A DNA stretch of 63,313 bases, the filler included, from Phoronis australis (taxonomy: Eukaryota > Animalia > Phoronida), in assembly GCA_002633005.1 (NCBI GenBank). It is 3 parts of 3 records of this genome, joined end to end, with 100 filler letters (N's around TTAATTAATTAA, not from the genome) between each part and the next. Parts side by side here need not be neighbours in the genome. Positions count along the whole stretch, not along the records: positions 33,141 to 63,313 come from NMRA01001065.1; 2 more parts are not named here. The stretch is one strand, 5' to 3'. A program made the translations under genes and the position numbers. Each line of letters opens with the position of its first letter. Within the stretch, counting starts at the first letter, position 1. Below, piece by piece: positions 61,927-63,313 of this stretch. The notes beneath the pieces were generated by a model, which was not told where the DNA came from, did not search any database, and saw only the letters and a list, made by a program, of their open reading frames with translations.

Positions 61927-62287
61927 TAGAGAATTATGACATATAGATGGCGCTTGCTATTCGCCCTAGCCGCCATGTTTCTTTTGTCTCTAAGTCCATT
62001 GTTTAATTAGCGGTTACGATCATAGAAAATAACTCGCAAGTATTTCTTCACTGTTTATTGGTTACAGCAAACTACGAATGATCGTAACCTGAAAGATCAG
62101 AGACAGGGGGTAAATACTAGGTCGCTAACAAGTGACGTGTGATTACAATAGGTTAACAATGCTAGAGATGTGCTAAGGCTACAATAAATGAGGGAATCTT
62201 ACCGCTAATTAAACAATGGACTTAGAGACAAAAGAACATAGCGACTAGGGCGAATAGCAAGCACCATCTATATGTCATAATTCTCTA
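61927..62287. mobile_element. Young MITE with ~90-bp TIRs and 5-bp TSD
   Basis: GTGGT|TAGAGAATTATGACATATAGATGG...CCATCTATATGTCATAATTCTCTA|GTGGT. Confidence 0.85.
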
Positions 62288-63313
62288 GTGGTTACAAAAC
62301 CCCAAATGTTGGTGTAGAATTTGTCTCGTGAGAAAAACTGGCATAATGGGTTTTCAATTTTCAAAAATTGGTGAACTACTAAGTGATTATTAACTCGCAA
62401 CTTTATATAACTTCTGAAAGACTTGACTTGCTGATTACATTAAGTTCCCTTCATTGAAGGATCTCCACATGCATTAAACCTGTTCAATAGGTAGTTCAAA
62501 GGTGTATTTTCGGCTTGAGGGTAACAGGCTGCATGTAGCAGTATAATCTTAAAGGATAATTCCACCTGATTTAATTAGTCTTTTTAATTGTCTTAATCGG
62601 TCTATATCCACATCACCTCGTATACGGTCAATCTTGCCTCGCCGAGAGGTGTCGCATTAACCTGTGAGGAAGGCGAGAAACTGTAGTATTATATAGCTCT
62701 TTAGACTTAGAGATAAATATATTGAGTTCCGGTTCCATCAGCGTTGTTGTTCCTACATGGTGGCAGCGGCGGTTTGTGTCATTTTTGTGATTCTGGCGAA
62801 ACAACTGGGCATTATAAACTGATACCTTCCAACGGTTTGTGTCAAGGATCTTTCGTGCTGTTTTCGAAGGATTTTGTTTGTGAAATATCAGAAAATAGCC
62901 TGGAACTTGATAGTTGTCGTACAGTACTTGGAAATTTTCCATGACGTCATAGACACATGTGCATTGTGTACGTTTTGAGCTGAGAGTTCAAGTGGTCGGA
63001 GTTCGCGGCAGAGACCGTAGAGAGGGAGACATTTCACCTAGCGAAATCCTATTGGACGGCCACTGGCAGCCATTGTTGTTCCATGGACCGTAGAGACGTC
63101 TAGCGGGTGTGTGTGGGAAAAAAGGAATATGGCTGATACTCGTGGTCAGTGGTCACAGAGACAAGATATTTTATCTGATCATGTAGTTCATATAGATTTC
63201 CCATAGTTAATACCTCTGAGGGTAGTGCTGTGTCAAGTAACTTCAAAACAAGATATGCCGGCTGCAGTCCCTAAAAAGAGGATCAGAGGAGCTTTTTGCG
63301 CTGCAGAAAAACC

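Noticed and set aside
56568-63313. Further GUSB exons (IRGKG... catalytic domain)
   Set aside because: Not found by eye; presumed to lie beyond the window end, although a short exon could have been missed.

Overview
AT-rich animal (invertebrate-like) genomic DNA with GT-AG introns; not prokaryotic, and most entries in the ORF track are noise. Two artificial 100-nt spacers (44N-TTAATTAATTAA-44N) split the window into three segments that may not be truly adjacent. Segment 1 (1-30890) is transposon-dense: a deleted ISL2EU-like element, a deleted Academ, IS3EU-like foldback elements, hAT-like MITEs, LINE tails and tRNA-derived repeats. It also carries three coding exons of an SLC16/MCT-family transporter whose middle exon has a 1-nt frameshift. 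Segment 2 (30991-33040) holds two exons of a divergent polycystin-like channel. Segment 3 (33141-63313) contains the last two exons of a C-factor/sniffer-like SDR (+), a complete 9-exon NDUFAF6 (-, 310 aa), and the first six exons of beta-glucuronidase GUSB (+). NDUFAF6 and GUSB are head-to-head with only 108 bp between start codons. I found no convincing novel multi-gene system; the best leads are the MCT frameshift, the compact bidirectional promoter, and the rare-superfamily transposon derivatives. All calls are from manual reading, with no database searches.
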